DNA of 56,164 bases, from IMG/VR virus record IMGVR_UViG_3300030105_002581, positions 1 to 56,164 of that record. One strand, 5' to 3'. Numbering within the stretch: the first letter of the stretch is position 1; every line of letters starts with the position of its first letter. This document shows, piece by piece, positions 19,001-28,049 of this stretch. The translations under genes and the position numbers were made by a program. Below the pieces are notes generated by a model, which saw only the letters and a list, made by a program, of their open reading frames with translations, made no database searches and was not told where the DNA came from. This DNA is from a virus. Taxonomy: Duplodnaviria > Caudoviricetes.

Positions 19001-20425
19001 GTATTCGATGCCATTAAAGCAGATCCTGCTGCTAGTGGGGTCACTCCCGCAGATCAGAAGGCTCTACTCTCAGAGATCCAAAATCAAACGAGCATCCTCG
19101 AAGACACTAACGATGCGGATCTTGTGGGATACAATATGGCATCAGGGTTAGGTAGCCTTACTGGTAGTCTGCAAGAGTCTATCACTGCCGAGAATGCGAT
19201 GCTTGATGTATTGAAGCTGATGAGAGACGACACTACTCTTATCGCGGCAGCTCAAGAAGACCTCAAGTCCCTACAGAGACTACAGCTTTCAGGAGAGCAG
19301 TTAGCCAAGTCAGATCTTCAAGAGCTTGGGAAGATACAGAGAGAGACAGATCCCGGCAAGAAGGCTGCTATGATTCAAGATAGGCAGGACAGAAAGGGTA
19401 ATACTGCTTTACGTAAAATGCAATCAGGAGAAGAGCTAGACCTTACTGATATGGGGAATCTTCTTAATAACTTAGATGAGCTTGGAAGTACAGATTTCGC
19501 TCTTCAGAACCCTGAGAAATTTCAAGAGTTTGTAAACAAGGCTAAAAAGGAAGGTGCTCAGGCAGCCGAAGCTGGAAGAGGTCAGCTAGGAGAGCCGACA
19601 AGGAAGATACAGACTGACCTTGCAGGTAAGGACTTGACAAAAACTCCTGAGGCAGAGGCTCTTAGGACAATAGAGGCAGAGCAGCAGGCAGCTAATGACG
19701 CACTAACTAATGATGCTGTTACTAGGGTTGAAACGGCAGCCGTTGCCATGCTCGCTGCTGCAGAGCAAGCCTACGAGGAAGTAGAGGCTAGTGTCGCTAG
19801 AGCTAACGTTTTGAGAGGTACTGACGCTAATGTTCCGGCTACAGAGGCCGATATAGAAAACACAAAACCAGAGAATCGGAGATTCGCTCCGGGAGGAGCA
19901 GAAGAGGAGGCCTTGAATTCTGTTCCTGTGGCTTCAAATGCAGTGCCGGGTGCTGGCATGGGTGGTTTCGCAAGTGTCGAAGATGTGGTTTCTCTAAGCT
20001 CAAAACCGAAACCTGCTAGCGGGCCTTCTAGTGGAGTTCCAAGGACAGGCAATCCTCAAATTGATTCGATTCTTGATAGCATGGATACTGGTGGGGCCTC
20101 CTCTCTATCGCCGGAGAGGATCCAGAGTATGATTACCAATCTCCCCGATAGGGTTGCTACTGGAAATGTAAGACCGGGTAATAGCCCTTCTCAAGATACG
20201 TCTCAGTCGAACGAAAGCGTAAGCCCCGGAAGTAATGTCAGGGGAGTGCCGGAGGACATTGATATTACGGCAACAATAGGGGACTTCCAAATCAATCTTA
20301 TGGGAACAGAGAACGCCATTGGGCAACTGCAAAACGCAGTTGTTAATGTCGCCCTCGAACAGATTCAACAACAACTTCCAGCTTTAATTGAAGAACAGCA
20401 AGCTAAGATAAAAGGACAGGTATAA
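13034..20425 (+). CDS. Tail tape measure protein (TP901-type core), 2463 aa
   Basis: N-terminal TP901-like core (TRESADTIAAGLKTIFSRI, EELGGIRQVGKL), Ala/Gly/Lys-rich helical body, hydrophobic segments, FAxGG...LTPGEFV motifs, synteny. Confidence 0.92.
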   Translation: MAFNINAQVILSGPKNLSAITSTIKKQLSNVNVNVNINIPKNVLKQIQTLNTSLATTTSQTKKLNSAAQSTGASVNSMGKSAASAGNSMQRLGVETAKTFKRFAAAGIVTATFFKLTRAISSAVPKALELQTQMTRLQQVTGKSRAELDGLAKSVDKLSVSLGIDANELTNIARIFAQTGQNLRQVEASMRAVAKASLAPTFGTMEQTAEGLIASLNQFNLTASQSEEVLGSLNNVSKKFAVESGDLVTAIRKTGAVFALGAGEIQKPIDALHQFNAIFTSVRATTRESADTIAAGLKTIFSRIQRRSSIEALDQLGIKLVDVKGKFIGLYPALQEIGKRLEGVFASGDSLALSAITEELGGIRQVGKLIPAIKEYKKAQQALEASKAGALQGLDPDVSLGLLTMAKSLDQVKASFQSLVNTISESKTFQVMIKGVTFLANTLLKMADNLTAILPVLAAFAAIKLAGAATQFGKGFLGSFGAGGGVKSAGSTLGSKATGGGAKAQLSSSKALAVATKGLDVTNKLLLAATKEQTGATGVLTAKMNEVQVGVKLLSTAINKLAVQVARAPIGFPRGGGGGRGGRPRGFAHGGIVPGTGNGDTVEAMLTPGEFVLTTDAVDAIGAGNLENMQRQGFAKGGSVVGNIGSDFGLSVFKKTDVTSGKTLAKEGVLVSALSKDKKIKGILTSALQKQIANTGKDTEVSVSSLSDNEAIPASLAEDVAKIGGLPNKTAARALKGSDLKSGGRYAAKFKNKSLIKKAAGFPAAARITATKMSFGSLSEESGEVFDDKITGGIPKLFGEALDGFTGELKLGEDKVKLEDLLSNSGIGSLKGQLFEAFVRNVGGQVVKDEDKKKDDIFDFRAGDSAGSLDTYKQLFGSGFKLPNEVKVSSSADSVTSAVGKAVKEFGASNIQLNPKKFAAGGKVDSVPSLLTPGEFVFNPEAVKSIGLNNLEEMNKQKPEKFARGGRVKGAAIQKFGAGGKVAGAGFALQSLGLIPEEIEGVVGSLTTLSFALDTMGLDVGKIVSASKSLDVKSFKNLSKSVKDLIKSAKSQIPVMGKMGQLRVDAANTLKQSQVAQATYTKSVQHQAKQAAKVARIQAQVAQDTTNVATTKAKLSSSKITAKFGGKQGASAVSGAKRNAKLAADSLKHSQNQLKGATRALEGMTTQVAKNSTKLTAASKTATRFGTALKGGAKLAKSMKGGLAAIVASLAADPIGGFVKNLLDSTSGFEKKDLGEGITGFTDASGGAASLGDVEFNAAIGGMTSGAIQGAAALYFLGPVGIAAGAVAGALIGMVSASQDAMFAQREFSSTLRAQDGIAALDKGLLDLADTTSLTADQMARLAEQSQNQDKGVQGAITSSIEKSTAVNKLGLGTQFGLDEFGTEGAKSDAISTRVGEGFDEGFFNGLGKGLSSIAGRGVSLLDNDENFNQARAKLENDAIVQQSKNINEGVEKQRNVLGRDLGANSAVAASDKVVASAVASQNNASLESLGKEKSFEVDSDGVTQYIGALGSLTKQMGAAEASALKNAAALARGASLRLKLADAATNGGIRAKKVQRSFEIMADSVGGAGNLANKSAEELTALQKELGLTTAQEFEYSEAVITHLQNAKIAQDSEIRAAQAMQIVANNAALAQNRLDALAAAMVELGAGAGFATAQLAAQRQGISADVSEGLSGKSTVRAVKEINPFTNVQGATSESLEQGFNRVKDVEGGTALSSGLETTVDLQKQLPGIFRDIIGSSQTDGGFENVESLIDKVKESFPDFDKLPKEIQDSLTTSIKDSASSSGGDLKSTSGLEKALKGGEVDKALGEAAQKSADGLSKMIDSLDAVNDANYKAADIRRQISEREQQGALKSIEISKRASDALDSVAQKPQFATNNLTKARKSFDEKATAIRGGNTDSLSDLKDSTAYQRRFANNQANGRIGIGFGDLYGSGAERGAEDTAVTLLRDATGAPISSIGASTPGITNEGDPEQRRAQAKAASENITKLTSVFDAIKADPAASGVTPADQKALLSEIQNQTSILEDTNDADLVGYNMASGLGSLTGSLQESITAENAMLDVLKLMRDDTTLIAAAQEDLKSLQRLQLSGEQLAKSDLQELGKIQRETDPGKKAAMIQDRQDRKGNTALRKMQSGEELDLTDMGNLLNNLDELGSTDFALQNPEKFQEFVNKAKKEGAQAAEAGRGQLGEPTRKIQTDLAGKDLTKTPEAEALRTIEAEQQAANDALTNDAVTRVETAAVAMLAAAEQAYEEVEASVARANVLRGTDANVPATEADIENTKPENRRFAPGGAEEEALNSVPVASNAVPGAGMGGFASVEDVVSLSSKPKPASGPSSGVPRTGNPQIDSILDSMDTGGASSLSPERIQSMITNLPDRVATGNVRPGNSPSQDTSQSNESVSPGSNVRGVPEDIDITATIGDFQINLMGTENAIGQLQNAVVNVALEQIQQQLPALIEEQQAKIKGQV
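14792..15973 (+). repeat. Five FAxGG-type peptide repeats in the TMP, including two D(T/S)V..LTPGEFV..AV..IG..NLE.M modules
   Basis: FAHGG (14792), FAKGG (14933), FAAGG (15785), FARGG (15917), FGAGG (15959). Confidence 0.8.
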
Positions 20426-20428
20426 AGG

Positions 20429-22042
20429 ATGACAACTTCAGGAGTAACAGCCTCTTATGGGAGCTATAGGTTTAAGCCAGTACCTCTGGCTACTATGTCT
20501 GTAGAGCATTTCAAAACAGCTTCAAGAACCATTGGAGGGTACTATTCTCTAACCCTTAATGGAACACTATATCCTAGAAGTACTGGAGGAGGACAAGGAG
20601 CTAAGAATCTATTTGAAGAGAAGAACCGCCTCATGCAAGTTCTTAATGTAGATTATGATGAGTTTCTTATAGACTTTGAATCAGCCTCCCCAGACTGTGC
20701 TGGCACATCTGTCTACGGTAGACCTCGCGTTAGATCCATAAGCTTCGCTGAGAGTCCTGACAATTGGACTGACAGGATGCCCTATACTATTGAGCTGGAG
20801 TTCACTGCTTCCTCAATCACTGGAGTAGCAGACTATATAACTACAGACCTAAACCTAGAAAGTCTGACTACGGACTACTCGGTAACTTATACTGGCCCGA
20901 CAACCGCTGGTTATTGGGGGACTACCTCTGGAGTTCAGCAGTACTTCGGCCCGAAGATCCAAGTTCAAAGAAACATTAGTGCTAAAGGCTTAAACTTAGG
21001 TCTTGCAACTTACAACACTACTGGGATGCCGGACTATTCGGGGGCTGTCCTTGAGAAAACGGCCTATGATAATGCCTTGGAGTATGTAGGTACTATCGCT
21101 GTAGAGGCTCCTGATCTAGGTCTATTTACTAATAGTAATGTATTGGATGTCTCTGGAACAATAGGGTCAGGGTTTGCCTCTGCCTCTCTTATCACTAGAG
21201 ATATATCTTCAAGCCAAGAAGAGGGAACTGTCTCTGTCAATGATACTTTCATGTTCTTTCCTATCGGTGGAAGCTTAGCTGGTGCTGCCAATACCTTAGC
21301 TCCCGCCTATAAGGTAGCAGATACCTTCAGCTTCGACATCTCAGACTCCGAAGGGGAGGGTACTACAACCATCGCCCTTAATGGGAGTATTCAGGGATTC
21401 ACCTCTTACAGTCTAGCAGAAGGATTTATGAGTGCCCCGGCTGGGAGTACAGCCATTGATGAAGCTAAAGATTATTTAACTCTTGGTCTTATGGGTGACG
21501 AGCAATTCTTTAAAAGAGCCAACTACCTATATACTGAAACTTCCGTTAATGGATTTAATGGAACTCAACTATTAGCATTAAATCCCAGTCCAATCTCCAA
21601 GTCTTTTGGATATAATATATCAGATGGTGCTATAAGTTACGCAGTATCATACAACAACAAGTCAGGGCCGTGTCTCACGGGTGTTATTTCTGAGTCTATT
21701 AACATGACAAGGAACCGGGCAATTCCGGTTATAGCAACCCAAACAGTTCTAGGAAGAGCTAATGGGCCTATTTTTCAGAGTTTAGGAACAGTAACTGCGA
21801 AGAGTCAGGACATGAGTATTGAAGCCGTTGTAGCCCCACCATCAGGTGGAGTACTAGGTGGTGCAAATACTTGCTTCTCAAACTTCGAAGGGGCTCCTAA
21901 TTATGAATCTGTTGTCTTAGCAGCAGAAGCACATATATCAGGAGCATCTAATTCCATCTTTAGGACATCAGACAATGAAACGTTTGATCCTAAAATTGGA
22001 AGATACACTAGGTCAATAAGCTGGACTTATACACCTTGCTAA
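20429..22042 (+). CDS. Putative distal tail/tail-tip protein
   Basis: Directly follows the TMP; beta-rich S/T/G composition. Confidence 0.6.
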   Translation: MTTSGVTASYGSYRFKPVPLATMSVEHFKTASRTIGGYYSLTLNGTLYPRSTGGGQGAKNLFEEKNRLMQVLNVDYDEFLIDFESASPDCAGTSVYGRPRVRSISFAESPDNWTDRMPYTIELEFTASSITGVADYITTDLNLESLTTDYSVTYTGPTTAGYWGTTSGVQQYFGPKIQVQRNISAKGLNLGLATYNTTGMPDYSGAVLEKTAYDNALEYVGTIAVEAPDLGLFTNSNVLDVSGTIGSGFASASLITRDISSSQEEGTVSVNDTFMFFPIGGSLAGAANTLAPAYKVADTFSFDISDSEGEGTTTIALNGSIQGFTSYSLAEGFMSAPAGSTAIDEAKDYLTLGLMGDEQFFKRANYLYTETSVNGFNGTQLLALNPSPISKSFGYNISDGAISYAVSYNNKSGPCLTGVISESINMTRNRAIPVIATQTVLGRANGPIFQSLGTVTAKSQDMSIEAVVAPPSGGVLGGANTCFSNFEGAPNYESVVLAAEAHISGASNSIFRTSDNETFDPKIGRYTRSISWTYTPC

Positions 22043-22060
22043 TAATAAAGGAATTGTAGG

Positions 22061-25000
22061 ATGAGTATTGCAGGAGGAGGCCAAGTCTGTGGGCCGCAAA
22101 ACGTAACAGGGCCGGTTGAGCATACACTTTTTCTAGGGTGTAGTGTCATAGATTTCAGCTGTACTATGGGCTGGAATGAACAAGCATCTTCAATTGATGT
22201 TAATTTAGTTGAAGACCCTTGTGACGCTCCCTCTTCTCATCCCAAGAACTACTATCCCCTTCCCGGTCAAGCAAGAACGACTACAGGCCCTGATCCCGGA
22301 TTTATATACCCAACCATTGGAGCCCCTGTCTATTTTAGAGTAGGTAGCTTTGAGTTCGCTGGAGTTGTTCAGTCTTGGAGTAGGAAGAATGATAGTGGTG
22401 GGAATCCTACCTTTCAGATCTCTATTACAGATCCTAGATTCCTATTAGAAAACCTTCAGATTATTGTAAGTGACTATGCAGATAGCGTGTCTAATGTATA
22501 CAACCTTATTAATGCTTATGGATATTTAGAAAGCTTAGGTTACTATTGCCCCAATTCCTTTATTGGAAACGCCGCCTTTGGTTCTCCGGCAGAAGCTTTT
22601 GGTGGTGCTGAGAACAATGATGAAGGTACTCCGTGGAGTAAGGTAAGGGATGCAACTCAAGCTCTCTTGACTGGTAATATTCATCCTAGTTTTAGTCCTT
22701 ATGGTTTTGCTGTATATAGAGGTAATAACCCAAATAACTTTGGTGCACTGGGCGGTATGGGAGCATTGCTTGCTGATAGCTTTAATGCACAGACCCAAGC
22801 TGACTTTAATTCTGGAGGTTATCTAGCTAACTACTATGTAGACCTCTCGGAAATCCCCTTCTCTCCTCTTTACTATAGGATTGCAGGCCCTAGTACTACC
22901 CTTATGGCTATGGTTAGTCAGATCTGTGATGATGCTGGTTGCGACTTCTTCGTAGAGCTTATAGTTACTGGCTCTGGTGATAAGGTTATTAAGGTAAGAA
23001 CCGCCAAGAGAAAACTTCAGCCTGTACTTGGGCAAATAGAGCAGTACGTAGACGCTCAATCTGAGGTGACCACAAAGAACATAGGTAGAGAGCTTAGGAA
23101 CGAGCCTACTTCTGTCTTTGGATATGGTGGATATATAGAGTCTATCTATTCTCAAGAAGATGAGATTAGAATTCAGCAGTACTGGGGAAAAGACTCTTTC
23201 AATAATACAATGCATGCTGTTGAAGTAAAAAATCAGCACAACATGGATCCGGCTATTCCTGAATGGTGGGTCGATCTTGACATTACTCCTTTAACTGTTA
23301 ATCTAACTACGCCTATTGTTGCCTCTACAGTACAGATAAGTGAAACTGAGATGAGGATGGCTATTGCCTCCTACGACTCATGGAGAGAATATGCCCTCTT
23401 TACAGGGACATCTTTTGGGCTCCACATGAGAACTCTAGGCCCTAATGGTCAGAAGAGTATCCTTAAGAAGCAGAAGTCTAACGATAATGTAATTGAAGAT
23501 GCCGCCTTTAATCAAAGGATAACGGTAAACTCCGATCTCGGTATTGGGAATCCTGCTCGTAAAGATGCAGAGGACATGGCGAAGATACACAAGTATATCG
23601 CTGAGTATGCGGATCTCTATTATGGAAAACAGTTCATGATAGCCCTCCCTCTTATCTGTTATGCTTTTGATGATGACTCTAATAGATTCCAGTTCTCAGA
23701 TAACCCAAACCCAGCAGGTGGCTGGCCCTCTGTAAACACTACAGACATACTCGGATTATCCTATCCTAACGGCACAGGACTGCACTTCTTTTTCACAGAG
23801 AAAGACAAAGTCAATCCCATTCTTAAGTACATCCCCGGAGCTGGCAGTGGTGCTTTGACTCAGGGTAGTAACTTTATATATCAGGGCAATGCCTTATATG
23901 TCAAGGGAACAACTCAAGAAGAGATAGTGTGGTCAGCAGGAGCACCTTTCGCGTTACTGGAAATAGAAAACCCCGTTACGTTTAGTGGACTAGAGAATGA
24001 TGCCCCTCCAGAGTTTGGTGCCTTCTTTAAGATCTGTCTAGATGAAGTAGTAGAGAAAAAGAACACTATAAACAAGGATATTCTAGGAGGGAAGTCAGCC
24101 TTTGCCTTACCTCTAGAGAAGAAGCGTATTAAACCAGCCGCAGCAGCCGTTCCTATGGTAAGTAATACCAACAGATACGGCCCTTGGTTCAAGCAAGGCC
24201 CACCGGGCCCTGTTAATCTAGTCACTGACGATCAGCTTGTTCCTTGGGAATACGGTGGCTATACATTAATGAACTTGGCAGCCGCAGAGAAGGTTGATGA
24301 AGCTGTTACTTTCATGCAGGTTGGAGAAAGAGGCTCCTTTACGATCCCGGGATATCCAGTTAAGAGTCTCGGTCAAGAGATTAGGGCTACTCAGACTGTA
24401 ATGACTAACTACAGTCTTCAAACTTCCTCCTTTACTATTAATGGATCACCTGTTTCGTACCAGTATGTATCCACTCAGCCTATGGATGGAACTTTCGGGC
24501 CTAACATTACACAGATTTCTACCGCTGTTGGTAGTGCTGGCCTCACCACCACTTACACCTTAGCCACATTCACTCCTTCCTTTGGTCGAATGTCTAAGAT
24601 AAATGCTAATAGAATTAAAAAGGTTGCTCAACAGAGACAGGAGTCTTTAAAAGAACAACGAAGACAGAGGAAACTTGCTGTCGCAGGGGCTGCCGCAGGT
24701 GCAAGAGTTGTAGCTAAGAGAGCAGCCGAAGCTCCGGCTCGTGCTTTTATTGCGGGTGCTAAGAATCTTCTCATGGCTGGTATTGGGCCGATTGTTGATG
24801 GACTAGGAGCCTTGGCTAGTGCTTATAAGGCAACCGTTGCTGGTGCTGGAGATACTGCCGGAGCAGCTACTGCGAATAAGACTAACCTTGACTGGAGAGC
24901 TCAGGCCGTAATGAGTGCCGAGGGAATGTACCGACCTGTATCTAAGTTCGGTGGAATGAACACTTCTTCTTCAAGATCTAGCGGATTCCTTCCTCAGTAT

Positions 25001-27964
25001 ACTATGAGGAATCAAGATGGGTCATACGAGGGGACGATAGTTTGTGGTGCTGCGGGGAGTCTCGCTTCAAGCCCTAAGCAGATTACTCCTCCGTTACTAG
25101 CTGGAGTTAGCGGTGGCGCTGGTAATAATGGGTATAATCCTTTAGCTGTACATCAGACCTATCTAGATCCGTTTGCTACTCCGACTACGGCTAAACATCT
25201 AGGCTCTGGCGCAGTAGTAACGGGCATCCATCACGACGTAGACTCCGTAGCTTGGGGCGGTGCAAACCCAAACAATCAGACAATGAGCCTCATGGAGAAT
25301 GCTAACGAAGGAAAACCTTTCCCTGCCGACTTTAGAATGATGGCACTAAAGGGCCCTCTCCTTATTAATGGATGGGGATATGACCTTGAAGGTAAGCCAA
25401 TCCCTAACTCCGCAGATACAAAAGCCCTAATGGGTGTTGGGAAATTCACAGATCAAAACCTTACAAATAGCTTCCCTTCTGGTTGGTTAAGAGAACCCGA
25501 GACTTGGCCAGTAGCTCCGTTGGATCTTAGGTTCGACAGAATTAGAGGGGTATGGACTACACCTCCAGCTCACAGAAAGCTTTATGGAAAAGTAACAATT
25601 GCTGCGGGAGTATCTGCTGGAGTAGACATAGCAGGAACAGAGCAAGGAACTGCCAGTGTCTGGAACTCTGATTTCCCAGATGACCCTACGGGCGCTCCTT
25701 TATATGAATCTACACAACCTTTAATTAATTTTACCAACGTACTGAATGTCTCAGGTCTTAATTCTGGAACTAAGGCATGGTTCCACTGGGATCCTAACGC
25801 TTGTGTGTACTACCCTATGGTGGATGGCCTAGGCACAGGAGGAGGTGGTGGAACTACGACGCTATTCTATGATGCTGGTTACTGTGGTCATTCAGGACAC
25901 GCAGATGTACTGGCCTCTGGGGCTGGTAGCGGTTCATCTGCTGCAATATCCTCCCTTACCTTTGGTTCTGGATTGAAGATAGTACAGACTAGCATTACAG
26001 GGTCTGGAGCAAATAGCGGTTCTTATAACTACCTTATGGCAGACCATTACATATCAGATCTTGGTGATTGCGATCACTCAGGGAGTGTTGATAATGAGTT
26101 CTTTACTAAGCTGGTATTCGGATCGGGCCTAAGGATAGACGGAAGTGGTAGCTGTGTCTATAGTATTCATAGTGCTCAAAAACTTACGGACTTAGCTTAC
26201 TGTGGATATGCAACAGCTAGTGGTGCTTCTTCAGGTCTTGTAAGTGGTGCCTACTACAGTAACCTTAACATTGGGTCTGGACTGAAGATAGTAGCCAATG
26301 CTCAGTACACTTCACCGACTGGTAGTGGGGAAGTCCCTCAGCTAATCGCGGGCAGTGATTGTTCTCTTACTATAGAGGCAGACCACACCATCGCAGATAC
26401 AGACTACAACGGCTATTCAGGTAGTATTGTCGGCGGGTCATTCTTTAATCATCTAGTATTTGGTTCCGGCTTGAACGTTTCAGGCATTCGGGCCAGTGGA
26501 GAGAGCGGTCTTACTTGTCAGTATGAAATCTATACAGATAGAAGCATTACTGACTTAGACTACTGCGGTCACTCTGGAGATAGTTCCTCTGGACTTAATA
26601 GCGGAACCTTCTTTAGCAACCTAACCTTTGGTACAGGACTTAAGGTTACAGATCTGACTAATGGGTCTTATCAAATCAATGCAGACCATACCATCTCAGA
26701 CTCAAGCTATGCTGGCTATGGAGCTACCGTACAGAGCGGCTTCTTTAACAACCTCGTGTTTGGTTCTGGATTGCAAGTGTCCGGTATTCAGGCGAGCGGA
26801 GAGGATGGTGTCTGTAAGTATCAAATCACGGCAGATCATAGTATCTCAGATGGCTATTACTGTGACTACTCTGGGGACGGTAGTGCTGGAGCTTCCGGTC
26901 TTGTAAGTGGACTGTTCTTTAATAAGCTTATCTTCGGAACAGGCCTTAAGGTTCAGAACACAGGTCTTGACTCCTTTAGAATTGATGTAGACAATAAAAT
27001 AATCGACGAAAGCTATGGGCAAGATTACGGGGATGCGCATGCCGAGCATGGCTGTTTCTATAGTGGTCTAAATAATTCTAGTGGCGAAGGAAACTATCTC
27101 AAAAGGCTTATCGTAGGAACTGGACTAAGGATGACGGACAGTGGAGATTGTTCTTATGCTATACATACCAACATGCTGATCAAGGAATCTCATGATGATG
27201 GATGTAATCCAACAGGGACTCAAATTTGGAAGCCGTTTACGGCACTTAACTTTGGTTCTGGAATTAACGTGTCTGGCGGGCCAGACTTCGATAGCTGTGC
27301 CTATACGATAACCGCATGGATTCCTACAATCGCAGCTACAGGTCAGGAGCCGACTCCGGTAGCTCCTATGCCGTTTAAGATACTGAACATCTCCTCTGGC
27401 CTTTATCTTCATGCCTCTCAAGACTCTGGATGTGCGGCCACTATTGTTAACGACCAGAAGGTCTATGATTGGGGTTGTCAGGGTGAGCCGGGAGCAAGCT
27501 ACGGTGGCGAAAGTATATGCGATAAGGATGGCACAACTCCCGGTGGGCTTGTTTGGGGCTCAAAGGGTCTTGTCGGCACCGTATATGGGTATGGACTAGA
27601 TGTTGCAATGGCAACGGGAGAGGCATTGGGAGGTGTCGCTGTTGTAAATACTCGACTGAAGGTGGCGGCGGTTGATGCTAGTGGTGGTTATGTAACAAAA
27701 ATAGAGAGAATAGATCTTGGGTGTGGTCTTTCAGGTAGTCATGTAGGAGGGAAAATTTGCCAAGCCGACCAAAGCCGGGAGATCTGTGGTGTTAAGATTG
27801 AGTTGAACCCTAAAGCTGTAGGGAATGGGCCTATTACTGGAATAGACGTAGTTAATGGGATCTGTTGTACAGGGGCTCATATCACCGCCTCGTTTATAAC
27901 ATTAAAATTCTCTTCTTGTGGTCTTTTCATAGAAGCTACTGGTGGTACTGGATGTTGTAACTAG
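22061..27964 (+). CDS. Tail tip hub/central fibre protein with C-terminal repeat region, 1967 aa
   Basis: N-terminal hub-like beta region, mid coiled-coil (ANRIKKVAQQRQESLKEQRRQRK), GGGGG linker, then ~10-12 repeats containing FG(S/T)GL; ends GCCN. Confidence 0.7.
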   Translation: MSIAGGGQVCGPQNVTGPVEHTLFLGCSVIDFSCTMGWNEQASSIDVNLVEDPCDAPSSHPKNYYPLPGQARTTTGPDPGFIYPTIGAPVYFRVGSFEFAGVVQSWSRKNDSGGNPTFQISITDPRFLLENLQIIVSDYADSVSNVYNLINAYGYLESLGYYCPNSFIGNAAFGSPAEAFGGAENNDEGTPWSKVRDATQALLTGNIHPSFSPYGFAVYRGNNPNNFGALGGMGALLADSFNAQTQADFNSGGYLANYYVDLSEIPFSPLYYRIAGPSTTLMAMVSQICDDAGCDFFVELIVTGSGDKVIKVRTAKRKLQPVLGQIEQYVDAQSEVTTKNIGRELRNEPTSVFGYGGYIESIYSQEDEIRIQQYWGKDSFNNTMHAVEVKNQHNMDPAIPEWWVDLDITPLTVNLTTPIVASTVQISETEMRMAIASYDSWREYALFTGTSFGLHMRTLGPNGQKSILKKQKSNDNVIEDAAFNQRITVNSDLGIGNPARKDAEDMAKIHKYIAEYADLYYGKQFMIALPLICYAFDDDSNRFQFSDNPNPAGGWPSVNTTDILGLSYPNGTGLHFFFTEKDKVNPILKYIPGAGSGALTQGSNFIYQGNALYVKGTTQEEIVWSAGAPFALLEIENPVTFSGLENDAPPEFGAFFKICLDEVVEKKNTINKDILGGKSAFALPLEKKRIKPAAAAVPMVSNTNRYGPWFKQGPPGPVNLVTDDQLVPWEYGGYTLMNLAAAEKVDEAVTFMQVGERGSFTIPGYPVKSLGQEIRATQTVMTNYSLQTSSFTINGSPVSYQYVSTQPMDGTFGPNITQISTAVGSAGLTTTYTLATFTPSFGRMSKINANRIKKVAQQRQESLKEQRRQRKLAVAGAAAGARVVAKRAAEAPARAFIAGAKNLLMAGIGPIVDGLGALASAYKATVAGAGDTAGAATANKTNLDWRAQAVMSAEGMYRPVSKFGGMNTSSSRSSGFLPQYTMRNQDGSYEGTIVCGAAGSLASSPKQITPPLLAGVSGGAGNNGYNPLAVHQTYLDPFATPTTAKHLGSGAVVTGIHHDVDSVAWGGANPNNQTMSLMENANEGKPFPADFRMMALKGPLLINGWGYDLEGKPIPNSADTKALMGVGKFTDQNLTNSFPSGWLREPETWPVAPLDLRFDRIRGVWTTPPAHRKLYGKVTIAAGVSAGVDIAGTEQGTASVWNSDFPDDPTGAPLYESTQPLINFTNVLNVSGLNSGTKAWFHWDPNACVYYPMVDGLGTGGGGGTTTLFYDAGYCGHSGHADVLASGAGSGSSAAISSLTFGSGLKIVQTSITGSGANSGSYNYLMADHYISDLGDCDHSGSVDNEFFTKLVFGSGLRIDGSGSCVYSIHSAQKLTDLAYCGYATASGASSGLVSGAYYSNLNIGSGLKIVANAQYTSPTGSGEVPQLIAGSDCSLTIEADHTIADTDYNGYSGSIVGGSFFNHLVFGSGLNVSGIRASGESGLTCQYEIYTDRSITDLDYCGHSGDSSSGLNSGTFFSNLTFGTGLKVTDLTNGSYQINADHTISDSSYAGYGATVQSGFFNNLVFGSGLQVSGIQASGEDGVCKYQITADHSISDGYYCDYSGDGSAGASGLVSGLFFNKLIFGTGLKVQNTGLDSFRIDVDNKIIDESYGQDYGDAHAEHGCFYSGLNNSSGEGNYLKRLIVGTGLRMTDSGDCSYAIHTNMLIKESHDDGCNPTGTQIWKPFTALNFGSGINVSGGPDFDSCAYTITAWIPTIAATGQEPTPVAPMPFKILNISSGLYLHASQDSGCAATIVNDQKVYDWGCQGEPGASYGGESICDKDGTTPGGLVWGSKGLVGTVYGYGLDVAMATGEALGGVAVVNTRLKVAAVDASGGYVTKIERIDLGCGLSGSHVGGKICQADQSREICGVKIELNPKAVGNGPITGIDVVNGICCTGAHITASFITLKFSSCGLFIEATGGTGCCN
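25868..27420 (+). repeat. Tandem ~45-60 aa repeats ADH(T/S)ISD..YCG.SG...FF..L.FG(S/T)GL.V...C.Y.I
   Basis: Units begin near 25868, 26039, 26171, 26378, 26534, 26681, 26831, 26987, 27167; DNA similarity is visible between 26378 and 26681. Confidence 0.85.
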
Positions 27965-28001
27965 TATTAAAAAATTGATAGGAAGAAACTAGAGGCCTGA
28001 G

Positions 28002-28011
28002 GCTATAATAG
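28002..28011 (+). promoter_or_regulatory. GCTATAATAG -10-like element
   Basis: Perfect TATAAT in the gap before 28050; the identical 10-mer occurs on the - strand before the sigma factor gene. Confidence 0.45.
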
Positions 28012-28049
28012 AGTACTCAACTAGGAACATCAGATAAGGACTTTAATAG

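Noticed and set aside
14797-20374. Long antisense ORFs within the tape measure gene (e.g. 14797-15477, 15565-16182)
   Set aside because: Shadow frames caused by codon bias of the sense gene; no motifs or SD.
25868-27420. CRISPR array or diversity-generating retroelement repeats
   Set aside because: Repeats are degenerate, in frame and conserved at protein level; no identical DNA repeats with spacers, no adenine-specific TR/VR pair noticed, and no reverse transcriptase in the window.
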